Part shown: piece after piece, positions 1-13,671 of the stretch
Position numbering within the stretch: position 1 is the first letter of the stretch
How the letters are laid out: each line of letters begins with the position of its first letter
Assembly (NCBI GenBank): GCA_051453625.1
Contig: JBOZIK010000001.1
Span: 47,009,378 to 47,073,377 of the forward strand
DNA length: 64,000 nucleotides
Reading direction: 5' to 3'
Source of the DNA: Welwitschia mirabilis
Taxonomy: Eukaryota
Position numbers and translations under genes: made by a program
Notes under the pieces: model-generated
Seen by the model: only the letters and a program-made list of their open reading frames with translations
Told to the model about the DNA's origin: nothing
Databases searched by the model: none

Positions 1-386
1 ATGTCAGATATCGAGTTGGAATGCCATTAATTGGAGTTGTAATGTCCTATTATATTAGTTTGGTATTATTCTTAAAATTTATCCATGTATGTTGACAATA
101 AATTTACATCTCCTTAACTATACGTAAGATATTTTTTATGTGATGAAAAACTAGGAAGAAATAAAGGACACAAACTTATGACATCGCTATTATTTGTGAA
201 CTAAAATAATCTAGAAATGAATTACAAATAAATATATAATAATAATATGATTTTCTTAGAATATAGAAATTTTAATAAAGGAGTAAGTAGAATTTGGTCC
301 TAGGTTCTATTATGTCTATTAAGTAAAAATATTAAAGAAGAAAAAAAATAATGCTTAATTAGGTTAAGAAAAAATAGGGTATTACA
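1..386 (+). repeat. 3' end of an LTR (5' LTR of a Tekay/Del-like Gypsy element; start lies outside the window)
   Basis: Aligns by eye with ~7950-8292. Ends ...GGGTATTACA (386) and is followed by AAT and the PBS-like TGGTATTAGAGC. Confidence 0.8.
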
Positions 387-389
387 AAT

Positions 390-401
390 TGGTATTAGAG
401 C
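390..401 (+). promoter_or_regulatory. Primer-binding site (tRNA-iMet type, decayed TGGTATCAGAGC)
   Basis: TGGTATTAGAGC lies 3 nt after the LTR-terminal CA, with one C>T change from the canonical plant PBS. Confidence 0.8.
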
Positions 402-1839
402 TCTAGATTAAATAATACTTATGTTAAGCACTTATAAATATATAAGAATATAAATCAAATTACAGTTTTAACAACCTTCCTCCTTAATAATTATAAAGTT
501 AGTGGTAACTATAAAAACCTTAATTCTTGATAGCTATAAAGTTGGTTATATCCCTAATAATCTTAAACCATGAGTAAAATCAATTTTATCCTTGATAATA
601 CTAGAGTTCAAGATAACTTTAACTACTAGATAATCACGAATTTAATTATATCTTCTAATACTTATGAATTCCATTAAATCTATAATTTTCCTACTATCTA
701 AATATATACCAAATTATATTTATGTTAATTCTAATAATTATAAATATTACACTAATCATAATTTAGCACCCTAATAATCCTAAAAGTCGATGATATTTGT
801 GATAGCTCTAAAGTATTCACAAGATAACTATAATCCCAACCCCTAGGTGATCATCATGCTAATCATATTTATGGTAATTCTAAATCCCTAAACAAATTAA
901 AAAGGATGATGAATTCAAGTCATTAAAGACTCTATTACCTTATAGCTACAGATGATACTTACTTAGAAGAATTTTAATTATATTAATAATTTAGGATAAT
1001 GACCTTATATAATTTCTTAAAGAGCTTAATATTTTACAAAAAATATAAAACTACATAAATAATACCTTATAATCAGAAACCCTTGGAAGTAATCAAACAT
1101 CCAACTAAGTTATTAATCTTAGAAGAGAGGTTTGGTTCCTTCTTTGTCTGTCTTTATTTGTATTCATATTATATGGAAGTGGGTACTGTTTTAATTGGGA
1201 TATATACCTATTCAAATAGGTACATATCACAATTATAATAGTACATAATTCCCATTAATATGGTCACATAACTTTATAGTAAAAGCCCATATTTATAACT
1301 TGTAAACCTTATTTATTGAAAATAAAGAAAGCAGATAAACCTGATCATGTACTTTAAAATATAAATAAGGACTCATCACATCATAATGATAATTATGTCC
1401 TTTCTAAATTATAAAATTATTTCTAAGTTTAACTTTTAATAACTTCTATCCTATTTCTAGATATAATCTAATGAAAATTTCCCCTTCTTTCAGATGCCTC
1501 ATCATTAGTTAAATCTTAAACCCAAGTCAGTTTCATCAAGTAATTAAAATCAATAGAATTCAAAAAAGAATTAGTAATATAATGTGTATTTCATTTACCT
1601 CGGTTCATTGGTAGGTACCTCGCCACCGTTAGTTCACAGGTTCACTTGATAGTTTCCATTACCATATGCAGAAGTTTAAGAAGCACATTCTATCAAAATT
1701 AAGCCTCATTCAACCTTGATCCAAAAGCGTTAATGAATACCTTCATGTAGTTCTTATCACAAATAGTATATCAAGGTCAAAACCCATAAGTAAATAATGG
1801 TATCAATCAACCTAAGGAAGTAGATATAAAAAAATTAAT

Positions 1840-2260
1840 TTAAATATTTATTAAGATATATCCACAAAAGTTTATAGATGGTTTAGATCTTTCCAAAGTA
1901 GAAGCATGACTAAGTGATGTTAAAAAAGTTATAGGTATCTTAGGATGTGATGAATATGAAAAGACTTTCTTAGATATTTATATGTTATAGTGAGAAGCTA
2001 ATATATGGTGTAAAATAGAAATGACTAAGTTAGGAGATCTAGAACTTTCATGGAGAGAATTTGAGCATATATTTAAGGAGACGTACATCAATAAGTTCTA
2101 TATTCACCAGAAGTTTTCAGAATTCTACAATCTAAGATAAGCCCATAATGTGACCATAGCATCTCATGAGTGCAAATTTATAGAATTATTAAGATATGTG
2201 TTACATATGCATCTAGATGAAGCAGCTAAATCAAATCTCTTTATTAATATTTTTATCCTT
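1840..2260 (+). pseudogene. Decayed Gypsy (chromovirus Tekay/Del-like) gag, Retrotrans_gag-type domain
   Basis: Reads ...KVEA*LSDVKKVIGILGCDEYEK...EANIW...LSWREFEHIFKETY...FSEFYNLR*AHNVTIASHECKFIELLRY. This matches the Tekay gag pattern (W..F...F...Y; F..L.QG..TV..YE.KF.EL.RY) with several premature stops. Confidence 0.75.
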
Positions 2261-5200
2261 CTATTACTTCCAAAGTATCCATGTTTCAACTTAAGATCTA
2301 GAAAAGGCTATAAAAAAGATATGGATAGCAGAATAGAACTATACTTTATTTATAAGTAGGGGAGATTTCTAGATACAATCAATTACTATTGATTTAGAAA
2401 AATACAACATTATTTTGAATATGAGTTGATTAATGTAAAATAGAGCAATAATAAATTATGAAAAGTCAATGCCCAAAACTTTTTTCTTATATTATGTAGT
2501 TAGGTGTTTTTAAGCTATTTATGTATGTTTATTTCCAAGAGGGAATCAATCTAAGTGTGGAAGAATGTCATATCCCATATTTTATAAGCCTTATTTACTT
2601 AAATATTAAGTATATTAATCTTTTAGTCAAATGATTGATTATCCTTATTTAAGTTCATTATAAAATAGGATGTCATTTTAAAATTAACATTAGTTTGTAA
2701 TATTTATAATTTATTATAAAAATTATAAAATTTATATTAAAAAGTTTTTACAAGAAAATCTATCTAAAAATTTAAAATTAGATAATTCCATTATGTGAGG
2801 AAATAAAATCACATGATAAAACTAATAAGTTAGAAGTCTTAGGAGGACATAATAATATATTTTGCATCTTATTTATTCATTTAGATTCTTGGTAAATGTG
2901 ATAATTATACTATATTACGAATAAATATTTTCTTTCTTGTGTTACGTAATTGATATATTTTATGCATTCTGAAATAAATGAGCATTTGAACATGTACATG
3001 TACTATTACCTAAAACCAAGAATGATAAATAAATAGATTTACTCTACCATGACTTTTATGTTCTTGAGATGTGTAAGGGCACTTGGTTCATATCATATTC
3101 ATTTTTTCATTCATTGGAATGAAGAGTTTGTCTTATTGTGTGATATGATAATTTTTANNNNNNNNNNNNNNNNNNNNNNNNNNNNNNNNNNNNNNNNNNN
3201 NNNNNNNNNNNNNNNNNNNNNNNNNNNNNNNNNNNNNNNNNNNNNNNNNNNNNNNNNTCACTCTAAATGGGGGAGAATGTCATATCCCATATTTTGTAAA
3301 CCTTATTTACTTAAATGTTAAGCATATTAAACCTTTAGTTAAATGATTAATTATTCTTATTTAAATTCCTTATCAAACTAAGATGTTATTTTAAATTAAC
3401 CTTAGTTTGTAACATTTATAGTTTATTATAAAAATGATAAAAATTATGTTAAAAGATCTTTATTAAAAAAAATCTATCTAAAAATTCAAAATTAGATAAT
3501 TCCATTATGTGAGGAATTAAAATCACGTGATAAGACAATTAGAAGTTTCAAGAGTACATAACAATATATTTTGCATTTTTTTTGTTCATTTAAACTCTTG
3601 GTAAATGTGATAGATGTACTATATTATGAATAAATATTTTCTTCCTTATGTTATGTGATTGATAGATTTTATATATTTTAAAATAAAAGAGAATTTAAAT
3701 AAGTATATGCACTTTTACCTAGAACCAGGAATGACAAATGAGTAGGTTTAATCTATCATGACTTTTATGTTCTTAAGATGTGTAAGGGCACTTTGTTCAT
3801 AACATACTCATTGCTTATTTAGTGGAATTAAAAAAGTTTATCTCATTATTCCACCTCTCAATTTTGAGATTTGTGCATTTATTCTTTTGGTGCATGTCTT
3901 GGATGAATTAAGCTTACTTATGAGCCTATGAAGGGTTAAAGGGCTACAATGAGGAAATGATGCATGTAATTAAGCTTACTAATTAAAGCAAGAAGATTAC
4001 TCATCCTAGTTAGGTTTATTAGTCATAAATATAATCTTTTTTTATACTCTAATGTCACTTATTATTCATTCCACTTATCAATACTAAATCATGTGATCTT
4101 GTGATCTTGAACTATGTGCTTTTGTTTATCTATATATAGAGGTCTCTTTCCCTCTTATAATAGGAGATACTTTTCTTTTATTTCATACAATATCTTTTTC
4201 TTTTTATCTCTTTCTTTTATTCTCTTACTTGTGGATCTTGAAACTTGGAAGCTTAGAGCTAAGAAACTTAAGATTGAATCTTCATCAATCTTCAACTATC
4301 AATGCCTTATTAATCTTCAAAAGTAAGATCTTTACTTATCTTGTTGATATGATTTCTTTTTCTATTGGAATCATGTGATATTTTATTAGGAAATTATTTA
4401 TGGCTTTTATGCAATTATATTATAAAATATTATTCTCTTTCATTGACTCCCATGAAGATGTTATAGTAAGATATGAGGGGTTTCTAGTATTTGATAGTGG
4501 AGGATTTCTAATGGATGATCATGGTCAAGTGACTAGGGGGTTTACTATTAGAAAAGAAAAAAAAATTGGGCAATCATGTTTATTCTAGCATTATATATTT
4601 TTTGAATCTATTATGCATTAGAACCATCTTATTAGGAGCAAATATTGATCCTTAAAAATCTCTTCAGTTTAGTGCTCTTTCATGAAAAATCCAAAGAGTC
4701 ATGGTAAATGATTTTTTTAATTAATTTGATTTTTCTTTTTATAATTATTTTTATTTTCATAATTGATTTTCCATTTTATAAGTAATTAGTTAGTATATCC
4801 ATTATTTTAGTGATCTAAGTTATTGTTGCAGCATGTATTTGTACAAGCTTTTACATTTAAAGAGATCCTATTATTTATAACCAAAATAGATATCTTACAC
4901 AATACATCACACTATTAAAATGGAAGTTAATTCAAAATGTTGTATCCACATTGAAGTCTATAAGTATGAGACTTAGGTTGCTTTGCCAAATAATAGAAAC
5001 CAGAAAATAAATAACAATGCAAGGAAATAAAGATACAATGAAAAATGTAAAATGCAACTAATCTAACATTCAAAGCAAATAATCCTAATACTACTTGCTT
5101 TTAGCCTAAACAAATGATATCTTTGATGATTTATGTCACCCAAGAAATTTTCAACAGATCAAAGGCAATCATAAACCATAAAAATAATCAGAAAACCTAA

Positions 5201-7949
5201 GATGTAAACATGAAAAGAAAACCAAGTTTTATATTAAAAGAGTAATAGCATTTAGGTTACCAAATAGCTAGGTCTTAATGGAGGATACATAGCCATTCAC
5301 TAAGTGCATGCCCTTCTGTAACATACGCATATGGATCTCCCACCCTTTGACCTCCTGTCACGAGAATTTCCAATGTAACAAAGATGAGAAGGAGAATCGA
5401 AGAAGGGTTTATTTGTAACAACTCATAGCAAAAAAAGACAAACGATAGGTGCAGTTATGTATAGTTATAAATGAAACAAACGAAANNNNNNNNNNNNNNN
5501 NNNNNNNNNNNNNNNNNNNNNNNNNNNNNNNNNNNNNNNNNNNNNNNNNNNNNNNNNNNNNNNNNNNNNNNNNNNNNNNNNNNNNNNNNNNNNNNNNNNN
5601 NNNNNNNNNNNNNNNNNNNNNNNNNNNNNNNNNNNNNNNNNNNNNNNNNNNNNNNNNNNNNNNNNNNNNNNNNNNNNNNNNNNNNNNNNNNNNNNNNNNN
5701 NNNNNNNNNNNNNNNNNNNNNNNNNNNNNNNNNNNNNNNNNNNNNNNNNNNNNNNNNNNNNNNNNNNNNNNNNNNNNNNNNNNNNNNNNNNNNNNNNNNN
5801 NNNNNNNNNNNNNNNNNNNNNGAAGGAGAATCTAAGAAGGGTTTATTTTTAACAACTCATAGCAAAAAAAGACAAACGATAGGTGCAGTTATGTATAGTT
5901 ATAAATGAAACAAACGAAACGGTTAAAGGTCGCTATCAGAGTCAGTTACATATCAGTGTCGTCCAGATGATAGTCTAGACGATAATAAGGATGACAATAC
6001 ATTATAAAATATGACTTAGATTGATGACTCATCGATGATTTAGTGATCCATATTAGCAATCGTCGTTCTGCCTATCATGAGAACAACAAAGTGGATGATG
6101 ATCTTCTTTTGATCATTTTATTAAAGAGAACTTAGCATTTTTATCATTAATCCTTCTTAAAGCTCTGTGCATCAGAAAGTGCCTTTAATACATTAAATTT
6201 GGATAAGAATTGCANNNNNNNNNNAGATTTCCTTTTATATCTCCAAAATCTTTAGAATTGCATCTAAACCTGTATAAAAGTCTTGCAAAATAACTCATAA
6301 AACCCCATCAAATAACCTTAAATTGGCAGCGCAATAGTTATTGTTTAACTAGTTGTAAAAACCTTATCATATTTTTGTTATGATAAAAATTAAATTTCCA
6401 AAATAGAGGTATATCATAAAATATCATAGCTCATCAGTTAGTATGTATAAATTAGTGAAATTTTTCATGTAAGTCTAAGTTTGTGTTATTAACATGGAAA
6501 TGTAAAAACAATAAATTTTCTGATGGGTAACTATTTTTAAAAAATTATTTATTAAAATATATTAGAAAATAAATGCAAATAATAGTAAGCAAGTAATTTA
6601 CGTTTCTATACCTATTTGCCAACACATTTGTAAACTTGAGCATTCTAAGTTGTAGGAAATTAAATAATCATTTCAAATATGTTAAATCATTTAAAAACAC
6701 AAAGTACTTTGAAAGTTATGATCATTTTAGTGATGTGGTAGGACTATAATTTTAAAAAGTTTAATAGTTTTTAGCCTTGAAGATAACATTAGAAATAATA
6801 TTTTTAAAATTCAAAGATTTTTTTAAGTTAGATTTTAATGAACTTATTATGTGTCTAGCTTTTGAAAAACTACTATAATTTATCTTTATTATTAATTAAT
6901 TAATTATTAATTTTTAACCACGATGTCTCCTTAAAGCCTAAAAATGTTATAATTAATGTTGAAAATTATAGAAGAATTAGTACACAAAATTTTATAGGGA
7001 AATTAAGTATATAAAATATGTTTTTATCAATAGATTTAGTTAAATTATTCATAAGGGTATTTATTTGTAGAAATACCTCTTTTACCCTTTTTCTTTAACT
7101 TACTTTGAATGTGCATGCTTATAAGAGTTTTTACCTTAATATTTTAAGTGACATAAGTAGTCTCCAGCTTATTACTTATTTTTATTAGATTATCATACAA
7201 CTATATGAAATCTTGAATAAATACTTATATCTTAATAACTATGCTTGAGCTATACTTTTTTTTGTTTACCTTTTTTGCACCAATTTATGAAGATTGTTAT
7301 ATGAGCATGGAAGAACGTTTTTAGGATAAGCATAGCTTCTGGTATGTTTTAATTTTTTTAAGTACATTATTTTATATTTTTATTATTATTAAAATAAGAA
7401 GAAAAGAATATTTCCTTTATTTAGATAGAAAATAAAAGAATATTTCCTTTATCTATATTTTTATTATTATAATCTTGAAAAAAAGAAATATTCTTGTATT
7501 CTTGCTTTCTTTTTATAATTGTTTCTATAAAATGTACTAAATAATGATTAGAATTATTATAACTAGGTAAACAATTTAGTAAATATCCACATTAATTAGA
7601 ATTTTTTTCATGCATTTGTATGGTGTATTCATTGAATAGGACTAGATCAAGATAATTTTAATAATATTTATCCCCATATTTGGATTTCATCACTAGGGTG
7701 GATTTCATCACTCTCCTATCTCATCCATGTTTAAACTTACTCCAACTTAATATCTTGAGTTGATGGATCATGTTGCACCATCCGGAGATGCTTCAATAAA
7801 GTAGGGGTCATTTGTAAGCATGCATCCACCTCATGTGTTACCTGTCACTTATATTAGGGGTATATTAAGGTGAAGTGAAATCCTATAGATTGAGTCTATC
7901 CATCTTTGTATAGTTTAGAATCTAAAATAGAGCCAACTCATGCTTAAAA

Positions 7950-8292
7950 AATGGTTGGATGTCAAGTTGGAATGTCATTAATTGGAGTTACAACCTCCTA
8001 TTACATTAATTAGTTATTATCCTTAAAATTTATCCATGTATGTTGGCAACAAGTTTACATCTCCTTAACTATATTCAAGATATCTTTTATATGATGAAAA
8101 ACTAGGAAGAAATGAAGAACACAAACTTATGACATCGCTATTGTTTGTGAATGATTTATCTTTCCTAGAATATATAAATTCTAATAAAAAAAAGTAGAAT
8201 TTGGTCTTAAGTATCATTGTATCTATTAAGTAAAAGTATTAAAGAAGGGAAAAATAATGCTTAATTAGGGTAAGAGAAAAGAGGGTGTCACA
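7950..8292 (+). repeat. 3' end of a second copy of the same LTR
   Basis: Diverged copy of 1-386 ending in CA at 8292. No PBS follows and Gypsy pol sequence resumes, as expected for a 3' LTR. Confidence 0.8.
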
Positions 8293-11110
8293 GATGTTAA
8301 GTAAGCAAAATGAAGAAAAGTATGAAGAAGAAAGTTTAACATCTTAAAAAATAGAAAAGCCTTCACTTAAGGAAGGATTAGAGTGTATTGAATTAGCTCT
8401 AAATAGGCCTTTAATTATAAAGAATTTTTTAACTCATTCTTAGAAAAGGAAGCTTAAAAGAATGTTGATCAGAAGAAAAAGATCTTTTGCCTAAGATCAT
8501 ATTGATATTAAGGAAATAAATCTAAAAATATGTAAATATGGAATTTATTTAAACACTTCTATTAAATCAACTAGGTAGTCAGAAATAAGATGTAATCCAC
8601 ATATGTAAGAAATAATTAAATAAGAAATCACTAAACCCTTTAGATGTTAGATTCACCTATTCTATATTTGATTCAAAATGTCTTAGTTCTATTACAGTGG
8701 TACCCAAGAAAGAAAATAAATGAAGAGTATGTATAGATTTTAGAATGTTAAATACAACAACTTATAAAAATCATTTTCCTTTCTATTTGTAGATCAAGTT
8801 TTAGAAAGAGTATCAAGGCATTAGTACTATAGCTTTCTTAATGGATATAGTGAATATTATTAGGTTCTAATAGCTTTTAAGAATCAAGCTAAAATAACTT
8901 TTAAAAAAAGTATTATTATTTGGATTATGTAATACCCCTACGACCTTTCAAAGATTAGTAAGTAGTATTTTTTTAAGATATGATAGGAAGATCTATTAAA
9001 GTATTTATATATAATTTCTCAACTTTTGGAAATAATTTTGATGAGTCACTTAACATATTGAAAAGAGTTTTAGAAAGATGTAAAGGGAAACGCCTAAAAC
9101 TTATCTGGCCAAAAAGTCATCTTATAGTGACAGAAGACATAGTTTTAGGACATAAAATATCTCAAAAAGGAACTGAGATTAATGAATAAAAAATTAAAGT
9201 TATAAAACATGTTTTACCCCCAATCAAACTAAAACAATTAAGATCTTTCTTAGAACATGTTGAATATTATAGAAAATTTATATCTAGCTTTAGTAAAATT
9301 ACTAAATCCCTAAGTAACCTTTCATAGAAGGAGGTGGAATATAATTAAACTAATGAATGTCAAAGTACCTACCAAACTTTAAAAAATAAACTTTTATCAG
9401 CATCCATTTTACAGTGACCTAATTGGACAAGAACATTCCACATTATTATCGATGCATCTAGTCATGCTATGGGAGCTATTTTAGGGTAAAAATATGAAAA
9501 CAATAAATCATACACTATTATCTATATTAGTAAAGACTTTAAACTTGCTCAATAAAATTACATAGTAATTGAGAGAGATTTGTTAGCAATAGTAATTGCA
9601 TTAGAAAAATTCAAAGATTATATTTTAGGTTACAAAGTAAAAGTTCATAAAGACCATAGTGCTATTAGATTTTTAATAAATAAAAAAAAAGCTAATTCAA
9701 GAATTATGAGATTAATATTATTAATGTAAAAATTTAACTTAAAAAATGTTAATAGAAGAGGAATAGAAAATGTCGTAATAGATCATCCCTCAAGATTAGA
9801 ATTTTTTGATGAAGAACAAATAAATATAAGAGATGAATCTCTAGATAAACATCTGTTTCAAGTAAAAACTAGTCTATGGTATACTAACATAGGAAATTTT
9901 ATTGTAAGAAAGAAATTATCATCTTTTATAAATTATTATGAAACAACTAAGAGAGTCTAGATAATATATATGGCATGATAAGATTGTATTTAAAAGATGT
10001 AGAGGTCCTATTATTACAAGATGTGTAGAATAAAATTTATATAAAGTAATCCTGAAGAAAGCTCACAAGGGAGAAGAAAAAGGACATTATAATGCAAGAA
10101 GGATAGGGATAAAAATTCTTCATATGGGATATTATTGGCCCATAATATTCAAATATTCAAATGCTTATGTCCAGAGTTGTAATAAGTATCAAAGAGAGAT
10201 GTCATATAACAAAAAATTAGAAATTCCACAATAATGGATGTAGTTAATTGAACCTTTTGATGTCTAAGGAATATATTTCATTAGACCTATGAATCCTTCC
10301 TATTATAGAAAAAATATATTTTGGTCTACATTGATTATTTCACTAAGTGGGTTAAGACTGAAATTGTATGTGAGTGTTCTTCCCAAACTATTGTTACCTT
10401 TTTCCTTAAGAATATTATCTATTGGTTTGAATCCTCTCAAAGTCTTATATCTAATAGAGAAACTAATTTTACTAGTGAAATTTTTAATAAACCTTTAACT
10501 AAACACAAAATCCATTACAAACTCTTTATTTCCTATCATCCTCAATGTAATAGCCAAGATAAAGTGACTAATAGAGAAATTAATAAAGTATTAACAAGAG
10601 TCATAAATATTAAGAAAATAAATGGGGTTAAAAAATTAAATGAAGCTTTATGGGATTATGAAATAACTTAGAAATACAGCATAGGATTTACACTATATGA
10701 ATTGGTCTAGGGAAAAAGAGTTATTTTGTCAATTGAATTTAGAATAAAGATCTTTAAATTGGATAAAGAACTAAAGTATAATTTGGATACAACTCAATAA
10801 AAATGAATAGAAAACATGAATATTTTAGATGAAAACCAAAAAAAATCTCTTTTTCATAAAGAACTTATATAATAGAAAAATAAAATATATCATGATAATG
10901 AAATTAAAAAAGTCAATTTTAATATAGGAGATTCTGTACTACTTTATGACCTTAAAAAGATTCATTCAAAATAAAAATATGAATAAAATTAGCTAGGGAC
11001 TTATACCATAACAAAAATTTTGGGAAATGGAACCATAGAGGTATATGATCCTGATGAAAAGATAACCTACTAAGTAAATGGACAAAGAATAAAAATGTAT
11101 TATAATCATA
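8293..11110 (+). pseudogene. Decayed non-chromovirus Gypsy (Athila-like) pol: RT, RNase H, integrase
   Basis: RT: RMCIDFRMLNTTTYKNHFP, VLERCK...IVLGHKIS. RNase H: IIIDASSHAMGAILG, LLAIVIALEKF. Integrase: IDYFTKWVKTE, SYHPQCNSQ, LNEALW. C-terminus ...NGTIEV...VNGQRIKMYY. Confidence 0.9.
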
Positions 11111-11527
11111 TATCTTTACTTCATTATTTAAGGAACCCTAATAGGATGAAAAGAATGCTTTCACTCTACTTATAAAATAAAAATTTTAGATTAGACATGT
11201 CATTTCTTTAAAGCTTATTCAAGCTATCAATTTATTAAGTTATTCAAGATAGATTTAATGATTCTAAAACAAGAAGCTAACTTGGTAGGTCTTCAATGGG
11301 AGATAGTGCATTATCCTTATTAATAAGATTAAGGAAACATATTTCATCAAATGATAGAATATCTTTTGATGAATATATATATTAAATGAAAAAAAACAAA
11401 ATGCTCTATTACAAGTGCACCAGAGCAAATATTTCTGAGAGGAGCCTTTGGTATTGCAATATGATAGCTATGAGAACTCCACCGAGGTGTCAATTGGTCA
11501 TAATCTAGATTTTGAAAATATTTTAGA

Positions 11528-13053
11528 TGATGGGATTCAGAACCCTAGGGGGTAAAGAGGTTCTTAAAAAAATCGACAGATATTCTGAATGAAATCAATC
11601 TAAAATATAACTTGCGTACACAAATAAACTGTTTTAGAAAGTGGACAATATGAGAAAATGCTGAAAGTAAAGAATCAAAAACTAAAATTAAAGCACAAAA
11701 ATACCACTTAGATGCAAGCCAGATTTATAGTGGTCCGGGAAACCCCCTACTCTGCTCTCAACAATCAACTTATCCTCAAGCTAAATCTTGGATCTTCATT
11801 ACTCCACCAGGTATTCCAGGTTCACCTGTAACCTTTACAAATGGAATATTTTAGGCTTAGTCTTAACCTTTAGAATGGACTTTTTAGGGCTTAGTCTCAA
11901 CCTTCAGAACAAACTTTTCAAGGCTTAGTCTCAACTTTTAGAACAAACTTTTCAAGGCTTAGTCTTAACCTTTAGAATGAATGTTTCAAGGCTTAGTCTC
12001 AACCTTTAGAATGGAATTTTTAAGGCTTAGTCTCAGCATTTAGAATGGACTTTTCAAGGCTTAGTCTCAACCTTTAGAATATGGGGTAGTGATGTAATGA
12101 TGCCTTAAAAGCACAAGTATCACTCATTCTAAAATCAATACATTTAATGGAGCTCTCCTCCTGTAGAAGTATAATCAATGAAGCTCTAGATCTGACCTTG
12201 AAATGTAGAATGTATGCTAATAGTAGATCTCCTCGAGTCAGATACAATGATGTTAAGGTACAACAGTGATGATCATACAAATCCAAATCTTAATTCTTTA
12301 GATACAATAGATTTAACCAAATAAGTGTGTTTCCAAAAGATCCTATTATCATCTATGGCTTGGCTATTGATAATAGAAGGCTTTTAGGGTTTATTACATT
12401 TGAAATGCACCTCCAATGGCTATAAATGGCTAGAAGAGGACTACTTAATGACTACATAATGAATACATAACATTTAGAAAAATTTCATTTCCACTCTGTC
12501 CGATCAATCCCACAAAAATCCATTCGACCCATGTGGTGCTGTGAGTTACATAGGTAGCTCATGAGAGAAATTTGGTTGCCTTGATTTCTTACAGCTTCCT
12601 ATCTAGTTGACCCCATTTGGATTTAGTCAACCCTAGTCTGATCTCCTACTATTCATCTAGTCACCCACTCTTCTGATAAAATTTCTTTCCTGTTTCCTGC
12701 ATTGAGTCCGATCAACCCTATCATAGGTTTGATTAATCCTATGACGATCGGCTCAGGCGTATCAGCTACACAGTGCTCAGGTCCAATCGACCCCTTCATA
12801 GGTCTGGTCAAATGCTTGTTATTTAGTTCAGGGATACTGTCTGTCAAGTCCTCAAATTTGATCGACCCCATACAGGTCTAGTTGATCCCATCTTGAGGGT
12901 AAATGAACTAATAGGTTTCGAAGCTCAAAAGTTGTCCATTTTTTATTCCATCTTTCAACTTGTGAGTAATTTAATATCTTCTACACAAAATACATAAAAT
13001 TTGCTATACAAAAAACATTAGTTTAACATCAATTGACAAAACATAATCCAATA
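11528..13053 (-). repeat. Sirevirus 3' LTR
   Basis: Starts TGATGGGATT on +, homologous to 18240 onward, and abuts the PPT at 13054. Confidence 0.85.
11852..12080. repeat. 34-bp tandem repeat, 7 copies, inside the LTR
   Basis: Unit AAGGCTTAGTCTCAACCTTTAGAATGGACTTTTC at 11852, 11886, 11920, 11954, 11988, 12022 and 12056. Confidence 0.9.
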
Positions 13054-13671
13054 ATCTTCCCCTTTGATATTGATGGTAAACAATACTTAATTATGACAAA
13101 TTAGAATACATAGAAAAACTCCCTCTAATAAAATGCTTATTTGTAAAATAATATTCCAATTTAAAACAAGTTAAGGCATTTTGAATAAAGGAATTTTGTG
13201 CTTTGAATGAAACTAATATAATATGCATATTTGAGAGTTTAAAGGGCACAAATTTATGATAGACATAGTGTGATTATGAACACTTATTTAACATTTAATC
13301 AGATGTCATAAATTTTTGGTTCATTTCCAGATGTTATAAAGACTTTAAGCTTTTCAAGTTAAGTATACATGATATCATAAGAAAACATATTGGATATATA
13401 TAATTTAAAAAGCACAACAAGTTTTAAGATACCAAATGACATAATATTTTATGCTAAAATAGATAATTGCATTTCATTAAAGATAAGTAAAACATTACAT
13501 GATAATTGCATTTCATTAAAGATAATTTAAAAGTGCTTATTAAGAGCATACAACTAGACTTACAAAAAAAATTTATTAACATAACTAATTCTCCCACTTT
13601 TGACATCAATGGCAAAAGAGAGAACACAAAACATAATTTAAAAAATTTTAATTAGACTCCTCCTCTTCTTC

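Larger units (their letters stand above)
1..8292 (+). mobile_element. Tekay/Del-like LTR retrotransposon region (LTR-PBS-gag-PPT-LTR) with no pol; interrupted by gaps
   Basis: PBS at 390 and gag at ~1840-2260. PPT-like AAGTGTGGAAGAA followed by TGTCA at 2566, and again GGGGGAGAA-TGTCA at 3278. LTR 3' end ...GGGTGTCACA at 8292 matches 1-386. Continuity across three N gaps is unproven. Confidence 0.6.

Noticed and set aside
4830-5350. Possible minus-strand exon-intron remnants within the long putative LTR
   Set aside because: Some splice-like signals are present, but there is no consistent frame or recognisable product.
5449-5908. ORF-track entries spanning N runs (also 3049-3321, 16756-16993, 19549-19851)
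   Set aside because: They are open only because N codons are not read as stops.
5388-5918. Near-identical ~95-bp direct repeat either side of the 5486-5821 gap, and a ~22-bp repeat around the 31671-31770 gap
   Set aside because: Both sit exactly at contig ends and are most simply unmerged assembly overlaps.
11852-12080. Regular 34-bp repeats suggestive of a CRISPR array
   Set aside because: The units are head to tail with no unique spacers, lie inside paired LTRs of a plant retrotransposon, and have no cas genes nearby.
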